Origin: Octopus sinensis
Lineage: Eukaryota
Direction: 5' to 3'
Length of the DNA: 64,000 nucleotides
Assembly (NCBI RefSeq): GCF_006345805.1
Contig: NC_042997.1
Coordinates: 180,234,001 to 180,298,000 of the forward strand
Below, one piece after another: positions 27,401 to 42,354 of the stretch; within the stretch, counting starts at the first letter, position 1, and every line of letters begins with the position of its first letter. The position numbers and the translations under genes are program-made. The notes below the pieces were generated by a model, which worked only from the letters and a program-made list of their open reading frames with translations, did not search any database and had not been told where the DNA came from.

Positions 27401-28139
27401 ACGATGGAGGCATAGAATGCGGGAGGTAAGTACCTATTTAGAAATGTATAAATGTACTTGATAGATTACTGAATGATGTCTTAGAGAAATCACATTATTA
27501 TTGGTGATATAGTATTCTATTACAGCTATATGACATGTGCTTGCGACTAAGTGACAAGTGATGACGATTCACTCCTGAATTGAATTAGGCTCTCAGCCTC
27601 TGTACTTTGAGTGGTTCAGTGGATCACTCCTAACGAAAGCCAGAACTTCTTTAGACAACTAAACAAAATGTTTGAAGACAAAAATGCTATTTCGATATAT
27701 TTTTATTTTAGTTGTTTACAAAATATTTCCCTTGTTTATACTCTTATACATTCAAAGTTCACTAATTTCCTTATTTAAAGTACGAATCACATTCCTTTCG
27801 ATAATATGAATATCCTTATAAAGCATCTTTGTAGACGATATTTTCTGTTTGCTCGACACTAATTTTCAAATTACTGGAATCCTTTGATCTACTCCTAGCG
27901 GCGTGTGTAAACATACATCGGAGTGGATACAAATACACCTACACGATCTAAAGTCTGACCCTGTGCCGTGTTTGCTGTGAATGCGAGAGTGGAAGCTTTA
28001 GGCTTGAAAAAAGGCAAACTAAAGCCTACCTCTCATGGTTCTATGCGAATAATGTCTGGATGTTCTGGTACCATGGGTTATTTTGATTGACAAGGTTGAG
28101 ATGTAAAAAACAGCCGCTACGATTAGTCGTTTTGAATCC

Positions 28140-28790
28140 TGCTCAAGACTGACACACTTCAATAACCACTAAATAATCGTACAGACTATATACTGACACA
28201 CACCAATTTTATTTTTATGCTCGCTATTAACCGTCTTCCTCACCCCCTTCATATCTACGATGAGGCTACGAACTATACGATTAAAACTCGTAGTCGCTGA
28301 ATTTTTAATAAGAATGCGAATTTGGTTTGTCAATTCAAAAATTGATATCTATGAAAAATATCGTAACCATTGGTCCAGGCGTCTGGTCGTGAAGAGGGAA
28401 CAGACAAAGAGAAGAATATAACGCCCGTTATAGTAAGATAACAAATCTTCCCATCTCCGATGGCATATAAAGGGTTACTATCACAAATCTAAACCCTCTA
28501 AATTCAATAACTATACAGGGTGGAGGGAATCCAGAGTTAATGCTCGTGGCCGGAATTTTAACAAAAAACATCAATGGGGATTTATTGATACAAAACTCAA
28601 AATCTACTAAATAATCATACTTTTCACATATTTTTTCGCTAAAACACCTTCGTGATTACCTCCTTCAAACTCTCGAAAAACATTGTGACCATTGGTCAAT
28701 CCGTTTGAGCGTGAAGAGGGAACAGACATACAGAGGGACAGACGAACAGACGTACATAACGCCCATTATAGTAAGATTTACATTAAATGA
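28140..28790 (+). mobile_element. Helitron/Helentron-like non-autonomous repeat with two similar 3'-end modules
   Basis: cgtgaagagggaacagaca...ataacgccc.ttatagtaagat occurs at about 28350-28440 and 28675-28777. tctacgatgag.ctacga is shared with 54832-55132. Confidence 0.5.
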
Positions 28791-28799
28791 TAACAATAA

Positions 28800-31700
28800 G
28801 CATTTATTTACCGCATAATCGGCTGCACGATGAATATATACTATTTGTTTACTTTATGATTTATTGAAAGAATTTCGAGATATTATCAATATATGGAAAC
28901 TTGTTTCATCTGTATTATTTAATTAATAGGTATTGTTAATGATAGTTTAAAACTAATATTAACGTAAGATAATAGGCCGAAAATATTATGTATTGTAAGA
29001 TAGAAGTTATAACTATTCAGTTAGGTATAAATATCGAAAGCCTGTTGTATTAGTTATAGATAGTTACGTTATGTCTTTTTAATAATAGAAAAAGTTAGAA
29101 AATCTATTCAATACGAGGTGATTAAGTTAATCTCAGTAAAATAATTAACAAGTATTATTAATTATTGTTTAAGATATTGTTAGAATATTAGTTGTTAATT
29201 TAAAGTTATAAAGTCGAATATATTATGTATCATAAGTAGTGTAATCAATAATACCTCTCTCAATTAATATGCACAGATAAAATTATGAAATATTTTCAAT
29301 GACTCTGCTGTGTTATATCACCAGGTAATATGTCTCCTAAATGTTAGAGGATATTATATGAATAGTATATTGTATAGTTTTAATATTACCCTATATTATG
29401 AGTATAAATCTTAATTATATTTAGAGAAAACATTTCGCTGAATGAAGGCAAGTTGTATTTTTCTTTCCTTAAATTATGTAAATATTTTCTAAATAGAAGG
29501 ATTTTATATGCTCCTTTAGTACACAAACCGCATCTGTTGATGGTAATTTTATATGACTCTGCAAAACTCACAATCTCCCTTTTAATATTAAATTCAATGT
29601 TATTATCCTTTAATTCACATTTGAACTTACTTAATCTAGTATAATTCATTTTCTGACTATTTTTAAAGCTCTGTTAGTGGGTAGCAACTCTGATCTTATT
29701 TCTATTATCTGTTGACCCTATATAATAGAAATTGTCTCCTTGAGATTCGACTATACATTGGTAGACTATGTTAACTTTCTTATATAATTTCTTTTTGATT
29801 TCAAATTAATATTAACTTTACAGTCAGAAATTTCATTTATATCTTTATGTATGTTATTCGAAGTATTATTAGGAAGGGAGTTAATATGGGTTATTTCCCT
29901 TCTAACATTAAGGTGTTTATAGCCATTAACATTTCTATTCATGTTTGAGAAGTTAAGTTGGTTTTGAGGTGAAATATTGTAGTGGATATTTCTAATTTTA
30001 TAGAAACTATCTAATTTTTTATTGTTAATAGATGATATATTTATGAACAGGTTACGAGTTAAAATAAAGCCAAATCTGAGATGTTTATAATTAATAAGTT
30101 TTCTATATTTATTATCGTTGTTAAAATGCTTTTAAATAGACTTATATAGAGAGTTCATTAAATTGCTTTTAAATTTTATTGATATGGCATAATAAGCCAA
30201 ATCGTATTAGATTCTTCAGAATTATCGTTAGAGATTTTATCATTTATATTTGATTTAATAAAATTTATGGAATTGTTATATGGTTTATTTTTTCTATTAC
30301 AACTATTACGCGGATTACCAATGAGATGAGTTTTCAAGCGAGTTACCGGTTTATTATTATCATCCGATTTATTATTTACGTGTTCATCGCTATTAGAATG
30401 ATTATAATCATAATTATTTATCAGTTGATTATTATTTATATTATGTATATAATATAATTTAATGTTAGTTTTTACTATATTGTATTTTCTATTTCGAGGT
30501 TGATGTTTATTTATTCCGAGTTTATTATTACAATTACCACTTAACATTTCAATATTAGATGATTTGTTAATTCTACTTTTGTTTTCATTTATAGGTTTTG
30601 CTTTGATTGAATTAGCAGTCTTTTCAGCTTTAGTTCCTGTCGTATAATTGATTCTATCATACATACTTTTATCATTTGGTGGATGATATTTTATCTTCTA
30701 TAAGGCGTTGAGCTGGCAGAAACTTTAGCACGCCGGGCGAAATTCTAAGCGGTATTTCGTCTGCCGTTACGTTCTGAGTTCAAATTCCGCCGAGGTCGAC
30801 TTTGCCTTTCGTCCTTTCGGGGTCGATAAATTAAGTAACAGTTACGCACTGGGGTCAATGTAATCGACTTAATCCGTTTGCCTGTCCTTATTTGTCCCCT
30901 CTGTGTTTAGCCCCTAGTGGGTAGTAAAGAAATAGGTATTTATCTTCTATCTAAATGCAGCTTTAGCTAGAGCTATGTTGTAATAATCTGCAGGTTCCTT
31001 AAATATTTCTTCCATTATATGATATATTTGATATGTTGTTTCCCTATGTTGGAAATTAACGTGTTTTTAATTGATCCTGGAAGATTAGTTAGGAAATTAA
31101 TGTAACTTAAATTCGTATTTAATTTATGACAAGGTTCATGTTATATGGTTGAAATTAGCATCTAAAAAGTTAGTTGAGTTATTATTCTTTTCAACAGATA
31201 GAGTGTCCATATATTTTGGAAGATATAGAGAGTGTTTTCTTAAATAATTCTAATTTTTATTAGATGCATTTTTAAGGACAAAAACTGCATCATCCATATA
31301 ATAAACCGCCCCTAATTTCGGGAAATTCATCATGCAGATAATACAAAAGATAAATTACAGCGGGATCAGTTACTTGAGCCAAATCAGCGGTACCCATTGC
31401 GATATCGAAGTAATTGGATGCGTCTTTTCTAGTCCAATATTCATTACCAAAGTTCATTCTAGATTTTCAAGCAACTAGGATAACATTAATTTCATTGATA
31501 TTAAGGTTAGTATAATTTCTGGCAAAAAGAAGGGTTTTGTTTAGTACAATAGGATTGCTAGAGGAATAATAATTGTAGATGTCTCTTTTTCAAAAGAAAT
31601 TATATTTTTTCTTATTTTCAATATTATTAAGCCAATTAATAGCTGCTTGAGTATTATAAAATATTCGAGAGATGTTCTGTTTGTAATTGTTTCTATATAT

Positions 31701-31950
31701 TTATCTAACATACTTTTACTTACCCGGGCATATTAATCTAAACGTCTGGTTATTTGGAAGTTATGCTTAAGGTGTTTCAAAGTTATCCTAGATATAACAG
31801 GAATAAATGGTTCGGTTCTATCATCAATACGGAATCCAGATATAATCCTTTTGACTTCTAAATTAATTATTCTAATAACACTTTTGCTGTAATCTTTTAT
31901 AATATATCTTTTATTGTTATCTTTTACAGTATATCATTTTCCCAGATGAT
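28800..31950 (-). mobile_element. Penelope-like element PLE-2, decayed (coding about 29386-31950), with a SINE insertion
   Basis: RLICPG, FDIAMGTADLAQVT, GGLLYMDD, Asn-rich linker, IWLIMPY, NIVYQC..YYIGST, LSKFKCELKDNN..CGLC. Confidence 0.88.
30702..30938 (+). mobile_element. SINE family A inserted into PLE-2
   Basis: 12-bp TSD tttatcttctat (30690-30701 and 30939-30950). Confidence 0.92.
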
Positions 31951-32208
31951 ATTGTGTTCATATCTCATAAATGCAAATTTAAAGCATAAATTTGTATTTT
32001 ATTTAACGAGCAAAAGAGAAACACCTGTAGGAAATTGAAGTATCAATTTATTAATAAATAATCATCAATATATGTATATATGTATGTATGTATATATATG
32101 AACACGATGAACAAGTCATTGAAAGTGTATTGCCATACAACTTTAAACAGATTAAAGTCTATCGAAATTATATCTATCTTTCTTTCTTTCTCTCTCTCTC
32201 TCTCTATC

Positions 32209-33883
<1,675 letters not shown>

Positions 33884-33885
33884 CA

Positions 33886-34198
33886 AGGCACATGGCTTAG
33901 TAGTTTGGGAATTCGACTCACGATCATAAGGAAGTGAGTTGAATTCCCGCCGAGGTGTTGTGTCCTAGAGCAAGACATTTTATTTCACGTTGCTACAATC
34001 CACTTAGCCGGCAAAAATTAGTTTTACTTGTATTATTTCAAAGGGGCGGCCTTGTCACATTCTGTGTAACACTGAATCCGCCTGTGAACTACGCTCAGGG
34101 TACGCGTGTCAGCCACTTACACATTAATTTTACGAGCAGGCTGTTCCTTTAATCGGATCAACTGGAATCCTCGTTACCGTAACCGACGGAGTGCTCGT
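33886..34198 (+). mobile_element. tRNA-derived SINE, family C
   Basis: Aligns with 22752-23060. Confidence 0.85.
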
Positions 34199-34243
<45 letters not shown>

Positions 34244-34936
34244 CAGTAATGTCCCATTGGGCGAAGATACAGAAATCTGTTGTCAGAAAATTCCCTAATT
34301 TTTCCTTTCTACAATCTATATCACACAAGTTGTTTGGAAGACAGATAAAAGAAAAGCGCTTAATTAAAACGTTTAAACTTGTCATGAAAGGAAAAAGCAA
34401 TAATATAACAACCAGCTATCGATGTGGATTAGAAAATATCTTTGACATAAGAATATAAGCAAATTACAGAAGACTTCCAGATATCGAAACCGACTACATT
34501 TGCTCACTCATAAGTCAATTATCTAAGGAGGCCATAGATAATCAGGGAAAGTACATTGATGATTAAATTTCAATTAAATATAACATTTGACCACTAACTA
34601 ACTAACTAAGAAGTCTTTACAAAAATGTATTCAAAAAATCCCGGATAAACCTCCTTCACGCGGATATATCTCCGTAAGCAATAACTCTCTACGACAGTGG
34701 GCCATGTTGACCGATTGCTGATTTGAATGACTTTGCCTGGTGGTGCTATTAAGTTAGAAAATATTGGCGTGTGCCAATACTCGCCAAAACCTATCAAAGT
34801 ATCAATGTATGATTAAAACATCGTATACAATCAACATTTTTTTCATTTGAGAAATAAAACTAAATCATTTTGTTTTATTTTAGTTCTACTAAATTGCGAT
34901 TGCTGAAGCTTTACCGTATTATATATATATATATAT

Positions 34937-34978
<42 letters not shown>

Positions 34979-35033
34979 TTTCGTTTTCGGATTTGATTTG
35001 CAAGTTTCTTTATATGAGTTCGTGTGTTGAAGC

Positions 35034-35166
35034 ATATTTTGTTGTGTCTGGGGAGAATCATTCTCTTTTAGTGCCTTACTATTTAACACACTCACCGGTA
35101 AAATTTCCACTTATTTCTTATTTTTAGTTAGGCACTAAAAGAGAATGACTCTCCCCAGACACAACA

Positions 35167-35172
<6 letters not shown>
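35034..35172. repeat. 43-bp inverted repeat with a 53-bp spacer, between (GA)n and (TA)n
   Basis: 35034-35076 and 35130-35172, two mismatches. Confidence 0.9.
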
Positions 35173-35216
<44 letters not shown>

Positions 35217-37090
35217 AAGTTTCTTTGTTTATTGTGTAGGCAGTAGTCAGAAGTGCTTAGATAAAAGGCCCGAGACGCGAAGGTATAAATAATTTTGAGA
35301 ATTTCAGATAGGTTCAACTATTTAATTTTGCATATATTCTGCCATAAATCAATGTATATCAATCTTTAGGGAAGACTTTATTCACCTTTTTGGAAGGACA
35401 TACTTTTATTCTTAATAATTTTTACAACGCCGTTCTAATCTAATTTCACTCATCTATTTATATATGTATATTAGATTTTTATATATTCGTGTTTTCATGA
35501 ATTTTTAATGCTTTAATATTTGAACGACTGATACATTGGTATATCCTAAAGACTGATATGCAAAATATATGCATAATTAAATTCTTCAACCTATCTGAAA
35601 TTCTACATAACATACTTATATATATATATATACATACATACATACATACATACATACATACATACATACACATACAGACATCTATATATATATATATATA
35701 ATATATATATATATAATATATATATATATATACATATATACACATATATATATATACATACCTATATATTTATAAGTCTATATATATTCATATCGACGTG
35801 CGCATACACACACACGCACGCACACACTCACGTATTTATCTTTTAATTGTTTAACTCACTTGATCGCGGCCATGCTGGGATAGCACCTGCCTACAGTCAT
35901 AAACGTACATATTTAATTACTCTTGATTATTCTCTGTTTCTAATCCATAATATTTGACGATATTTTATTACATTAATGACATGTGTAGAAGAAAATTATT
36001 TGAAAATGTAACACATAATTATCATTTAAGCTAACAATTTTATACAGAACAATTAGCTCATCAGTCATTAAGTGAAATGATATTTAAAGTATCATTTTCA
36101 CTTCATACTTTAAAGAAGAAACGCTTTTAAGAAGGGCAATAGATTTGCTGTGTTAGTTCTAACACCGGAATTTTAATGATTTTATTCATTGTTTCTCAAT
36201 GGTCGCTCACAAATTGATTGAAAATTGTAACACTGTATGTGTCAGCTAAACATAAACTAAATATAAAGACAAGTATCCTCTCTAAATTATCATTTCATTG
36301 CTTGCCAGAATTATCGGAAACATCATTTCCATATAATACTCAAATAGTAACATATATGTGAAGAAGTTACTGTTAAATTACAGTTCCATAGATTAACTCT
36401 ATAGCAAAGAGCACCAGAAGACACAGTTGCGAATGCCCTTATGAACGTTTAATTTAATTATAGAACACTGGTCTTTTTAACATTTATTGTTAGGTTGTTT
36501 ATCATGAGAATGAGGCTAAAATCTATAGACGACGGTCTGTCGGTGGTTTATGCATATAGTTTGAAAGAAGTTACTCCTACCTACTTCTACTTCGATGTTG
36601 TCAGCGACTCGATAAAGCTGTTTAAGAAGGTGTTAAGTTTTACACAACAGAAGGGCAAAATTCATTTTCTGTTTATTAGAAACACATTTTGGTGCGACTT
36701 ACCGCAGAGCATGTGCTAAACAATGAAATAAACAGTGAAATACTGTAATTAAATGAGGCATAATATTTACAGCTACTGAAGGCTTTTTAATTTTCTTTTC
36801 TTGCTCAAGTGTGTGCAGATATTATGATGGCCGTATGTCTTTGTTCAGCCGATCACAACAGCTAACAATAGCATGTATGTGTACAAAAATGGAAGCTCCT
36901 AACTAAACCTCAATCAAGTTGGATTCATTTGGCTGCTATTCTCTTATTCTTTTATTCTTTTATTGGTTTGGGTTACCGGACAGCGGCCATGCTGGAGCAC
37001 CGCCTTCCTTTTTTTAAAATTTAGTTTTGTTGTCGCTTAATGATCGATAGTTGGTCGATGATTGAGCTTCTAGTTGCTGATCTCCACTAT

Positions 37091-37385
37091 GTGGAAGCAC
37101 ATGGCCTGGTAGTTAGAGCAACGGACTTGTGGTTGCGGGATCGCGGGTTCGAATCTTAGACCGAGTGATGTGTGTGTTTATGAGCGAAACACCTAAGCTC
37201 CACGCGGCTCCGGCAGAAAAGTAATGGCGAACTTCTGCTGACTCTTTCGCCACAACTTTCTCTCACTCTTTCCTCTTGCATCTTGCAACTAACCTGCGAC
37301 GGACCGGTGTCCCGTCCAGGTGGGGAACCTATACGCCACGGAAACCGGAAAACCGGCTCTAATGAGCCAGGCATGGCTCGAGATG
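37091..37385 (+). mobile_element. tRNA-derived SINE with a V-domain-like 3' part
   Basis: A-box tggcctggtag, B-box ggttcgaatc. cctgcgacggaccggtgtcccgtccaggtg resembles the V-SINE/Mermaid core. Confidence 0.7.
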
Positions 37386-37399
37386 GAAGGCTCTCCCCT

Positions 37400-38000
37400 A
37401 TGTGTATCCTTGAATGGTTGGCTGGTTGGTCCGTCATCGTCGTTAGGAGTTCAACAAATACTTTTTTGAAAGTGTCAGTAGAGGTTCCTTTTATATTTAT
37501 AACCTCTTTGGGTAAGCAGTTAAATACCTGAGGACCTCTGAATATTAGACTAGTACATTAGTGTTTTTGCTCATGAGTTTGAAGAGGTTATATTTGGAAG
37601 GTGACAATACCTACCACTTCGAGCATTAAAATTCGCTTTAGTACCGAAGTTTGGAACGTGCCCGTCCAGGATCTTCCAAACGTATATAATAGTATATCTC
37701 TCTCTTCGATATTTAAGAGAGTGGAGACGGAGAACTTTCAGGCGTTCGCAGTAGTTAAGGCCATTAACCGAAGTTATTTTACTGGTGAATGTTCTTTGTA
37801 ACCTCTCAATTTCTTGTATGAGACCGGGTGAGTTTGGAGACCAAATCTGTGAGCAGAAATCTAATTTGCTCCGAAGTAAGGTTTTCCATAGAGTTAACAT
37901 GACTATCAGTTCTCTTGTAGTGAATGTTGGTAGGTTCCATCCTATGAGATGTCTGCCTTTACAGTTCAGTTTGGTTATGTGACTGATTTCCGTCTCCATA
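37400..38000 (-). mobile_element. 3' fragment of a CR1/L2-group LINE
   Basis: ORF 37571..37999: LWKTLLRSKLDFCSQIWSP...IERLQRTFT...YCERLKVLRLHSLKYRRERYTIIYVWKIL, then SLIFRGPQVFNCLP. Confidence 0.88.
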
Positions 38001-38901
38001 CAATCTTCAACAAAATTATGTCATTTACTTACTTTCATTTCTAATGATAGATAAATGGCTTAAGTCACGACTTCTGAAAATCCTTTCCATAAATCAATAG
38101 CAACTTTCTATATTCTTACTGATATAAAATATTACGCCACTTTTATATAAAACCTCGGCTAATGTGTTTTCTCAGTTGCACAAATGGTATATTACCAACG
38201 ACTTTAAAATACAGTATGATTAACACCAAGAATTTCTATCAGTTAATAGAGTAGTTTAAATATATATATATTTTTTCTAAAGTGACTTTTAAGTATAAGT
38301 ATAAGTTATACTTTTAAGTAAAAGTTCTGGTCTTTGTGGATCTTAAAATGCCTTTTAAGGCCTCCGTTAGATTTGCAAACCTTCTGGCATACATTGCATT
38401 CGAAGGTATGCACAGACATACATATACATACATACATTTATATGTATATGTATACATATGATTATACATATACATATATATTATATATATTATACATAAA
38501 TACGTACTCCACTGTTAATAGTTTAGGATAGAACACAAAAGAAAATCGATCGTATATAATTCTTAGACAGTTCTTTAGATAGTTAAATTAAAACACACCA
38601 ACTATTTTCATGATCCCAAGTTACACTGTACTGCGGAGTCTCTGAGAAGGGCGAAATAACCTCATCTATAGCTACTAGGGCACTTAACAAGTGAACCACA
38701 TGTATTATATGGAATTATTATTATCATTCAATCAAAAAACAACTTCTCAGAATTATAAAATGAGAAGAATCATAAACTGTGAAGCGGTTCTCTCCCCTTT
38801 AATAGAATTTTTCATTCTCTCCTATATGTCTTTGTAAATTCACTCACTCGCTCTCTCTCTCTCTCTCTCTCTCTCCTGTCTCTTATTTCGAAAGCAACCG
38901 C

Positions 38902-38969
<68 letters not shown>

Positions 38970-39017
38970 GTATATGTATGTATGTATATATGTATGTATG
39001 TATAAATACACATATAC

Positions 39018-39063
<46 letters not shown>

Positions 39064-41392
39064 GGGAACTGAACCCACACTGACAAATGAGCCTCTCCTC
39101 CCCCTACGAGGTAACTTATGGTAAATACTCCTTGCTTTGTTGATATGATATATTTGATATCCAGATTGATATGAAGTCATTGTATCAGTTATATGTTAAT
39201 CATTTGTGCCAACTCCCTAAATGCCGCGTAGAGATAAGTTACCTTTACAATGTTTAACTGGTGTGTTTTAAGCCTGATTTCTTCGAATATTTCCGACTGC
39301 ACTACTACAAAAGTATATTTTAATACATTCTTAAGTGTATATTATTATATTTTGGCTGGTGGTGGTCGGGTTGGTGGGGGGCATATACAAAATAGGTCAC
39401 AACGATTCCTTGCTGTTTCACATGCGATCTATGTACGAATCACCGGTGATGCTAATAACAGCTTTAACTTAACATATCGGAGAAAATACTTTGTTTTTTC
39501 TTTTATTCAGTAATATGAGATGAATGCCGTAGTCACGGGAAGCTCTAGATGCTCTGAAAGATAACTGATTGTAAATTTATTAAAAATTTATAAGTATGTT
39601 ATAGACAAATGCCATGCTTCGTTTTCATTGAATGCAAATATACTCATATCTCCAACAGGATGTGCAGACTCTGCGCACATTATATAACAAAGCAATATGC
39701 TTACATGAAGTAATGCGGCTTCACAAAATAGCTTTCCTGACACACTACAATTACTTCGAAGATAAATCAAAAAGAGAATGACAAGGACTGACTATCAAAC
39801 TACTCAAATTTACTGAAGCAATTTTTGAGGGATTTTCTTTCACAATAGGAAAATGTACCAAAGCAACCTTAAATAAATGAAAACTAATACTACTCATGTC
39901 ATATGAGCTTTAAGATAAATATGATAAGCAATCAACATAAAGCACAAACTGGTGGAAAATAGTTCAGAAATGAAAGCCTTTAGAAAATACAACACCCACA
40001 AACACAAGAAATGTTAAAACAGATAAAGATATATACTGGGATGGGGATGGGGGTATTTAAAACCGAATATATGCTTAGAATAAGAAAATAGACATCAATA
40101 GTACAGCATGCTCTTTAAAAAACCTATGCACAATATCGTTCAATACATGTAAGATGAATTGCATAAAAATAGGAGCTGATTCAATCAGTTAAATCCTTTT
40201 TCTCTCTTTGCTATAATTATCTATCCTTCAAAATATGCAATAAAGAATTTGGGTTTAACAAAAGTACTTGGTAATACCAGATAAAATGCATGCGATCCTA
40301 CTGCTACATGGAATACAAATCAGTTTCTAAGGATATAGTCGATAGAATCTATACAGTGTTATTACATAATATGCTTATCCAATGTCCATTCTCTTCCCTG
40401 CATATATATTGTTAAAGGATTACTTCAATTGTGTCGATTTATAGCTGTGTAATATTCCCGTGATGACTACCTATGGTCCATGATTCGAGTTACTCATACT
40501 TGATGGAACAAATTAAAATTGTGATGAATATACACAATGAATGGAATCGAACTATTCGATTTATTTTGTGCTGAGCAGAGGGTTTACTAGGGAAATAATT
40601 CTCCAAACATCTGTTTCTGTAGAGTACATATTGATACTTCTCGGTCTCAGATCGTCTTATATTATATTTCTGGAGATAAAGAAAATGTACCAGAAACGAA
40701 ATTGATAAATTAGATCAAGAAAATATATATTATTGCTAAATAATATTCGTACTAGTTTCATTGTATGAAACGTCGTCAGCCATTATCGAAATGATTTTTA
40801 CTGAAGCCGTTTCAACTGTCACCATCCTATTTATTTTTACTTCTTTCTTCGTTCGGTATTTCGTTAAAGATGAAAGAGGAAAAGGGACAGTGCAGACAAA
40901 TAAATCTAGAGTACACTATACAAAAGTGTGTATTTTCAGGGTGTCATTTCATATACTGTGACCCCAACTCTTGTATAGTTGACACTTCAAATGTTGGGCA
41001 GGGTACAGTTCTGCACCTTGGAATTTTATCTGAAATGCGCTTTGAGGTTTATTGTAAAGTATACAAATAACCATAGGTTCAAATTTACACCACATTGCAA
41101 TGTTTCATGAGATTTGCTCAACGTTTGCAATGCCCATCGAATATCTTTAGTGTAAGAAGGAACGAATTTTAATGCGGTTTTCGCCTAGTACCTGTCCTAT
41201 ATAGTAACCGAGACTTTTCTTACCGTCAACACTATATTATAAGACATTATTTTGTTGTTCTGAAATAATATTCAACGAGTTTTCGTATATCTAAGACTAT
41301 ATGGACGTAGCTGTGACATTTAACCATTTAATTTAGGCACAAGAAATATTTGGCAGTTCACTTTCACCTAGATGGTAACAAATAATACCGCT

Positions 41393-41628
41393 GAAGGCGG
41401 CGAGCTGGCAAGAACGTTAGCACACCGGGCGAAATGCGTAGCCGTATTTCGTCTGCCGCTACGTTCTGAGTTCAAATTCCGCCGAGGTCGACGTTGCCTT
41501 TCATCCTTTCGGGGTCGATTAAATAAGTACCAGTTACGCACTGGGGGCGAGGTAATCGACTTAATCCGTTTGTCTGTCCCTGTTTGTCCTCTCTGTGTTT
41601 AGCCCCTTGTGGGTAGTAAAGAAATAAA
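41393..41628 (+). mobile_element. Full-length SINE, family A
   Basis: 17-bp TSD taacaaataataccgct (41376-41392 and 41629-41645). Confidence 0.93.
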
Positions 41629-42018
41629 TAACAAATAATACCGCTATTGGTTTAAACTTTATGTAGTAGATAAATTAATGTGAAACCACAGCTATGTTGC
41701 ACACCAGATACTAGAACCAGCAGGCAGCATAATATATACAACTGCAAAATCCTAATGAGCACTGGATTATTTACTTCTCTATAAAACAAAACAAACGTAT
41801 CGTATTAAAATCCATATACAACTATGCATACTTGGACATAGAATATTTCAGAATAATATTCTCTATATCCATACCTAAAAAGCAGGAAAAACATTAGTTT
41901 AAGGCAGAGTTCTCGATATATGAAATATAGCGGGAATATTTATTAAAATGATGTCTCTCGTACTATTATGTTATATTCATATGCAATTATATATATAAAG
42001 AGAGAGAGAGAGAGAAGG

Positions 42019-42115
<97 letters not shown>

Positions 42116-42323
42116 TAAATATAGATATGTGCGTGTGTGTATACACACAAAAGAACACACACATAAACATATATGTATGTATACACACATATATATATGT
42201 GTGTATGTATATGATGAAATATTTCAAAATCTGCTGTAGTTATTCAATCACAAGCTTCAGTAAACATTTAAACAATAATTTATTGTTAGTCTTTTTTTTT
42301 ATTATCATTCCGGTTATTTCAAG

Positions 42324-42354
42324 TAATGAGAATGGAGAATGGCTTGTTGTCGGT
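42324..42354 (+). other. Candidate 31-nt exon (NENGEWLVVG)
   Basis: Acceptor ttatttcaag after a T-rich tract, donor GGT|GTAAGT, open frame. Confidence 0.2.

Noticed and set aside
27555-27605. CTGAGA..GCCT/AGG..GAAT on minus as a possible 5' pLTR HHR of PLE-1
   Set aside because: Core incomplete; no stem I or III.
28865-28920. CAGATGA...CTCGAAA on minus in the PLE-2 3' UTR
   Set aside because: Stems do not pair; at most a relic.
36570-36720. Minus-strand AG/GT-bounded segments (13 nt and 37 nt)
   Set aside because: No homology, weak support, and opposite to the other exon candidates.
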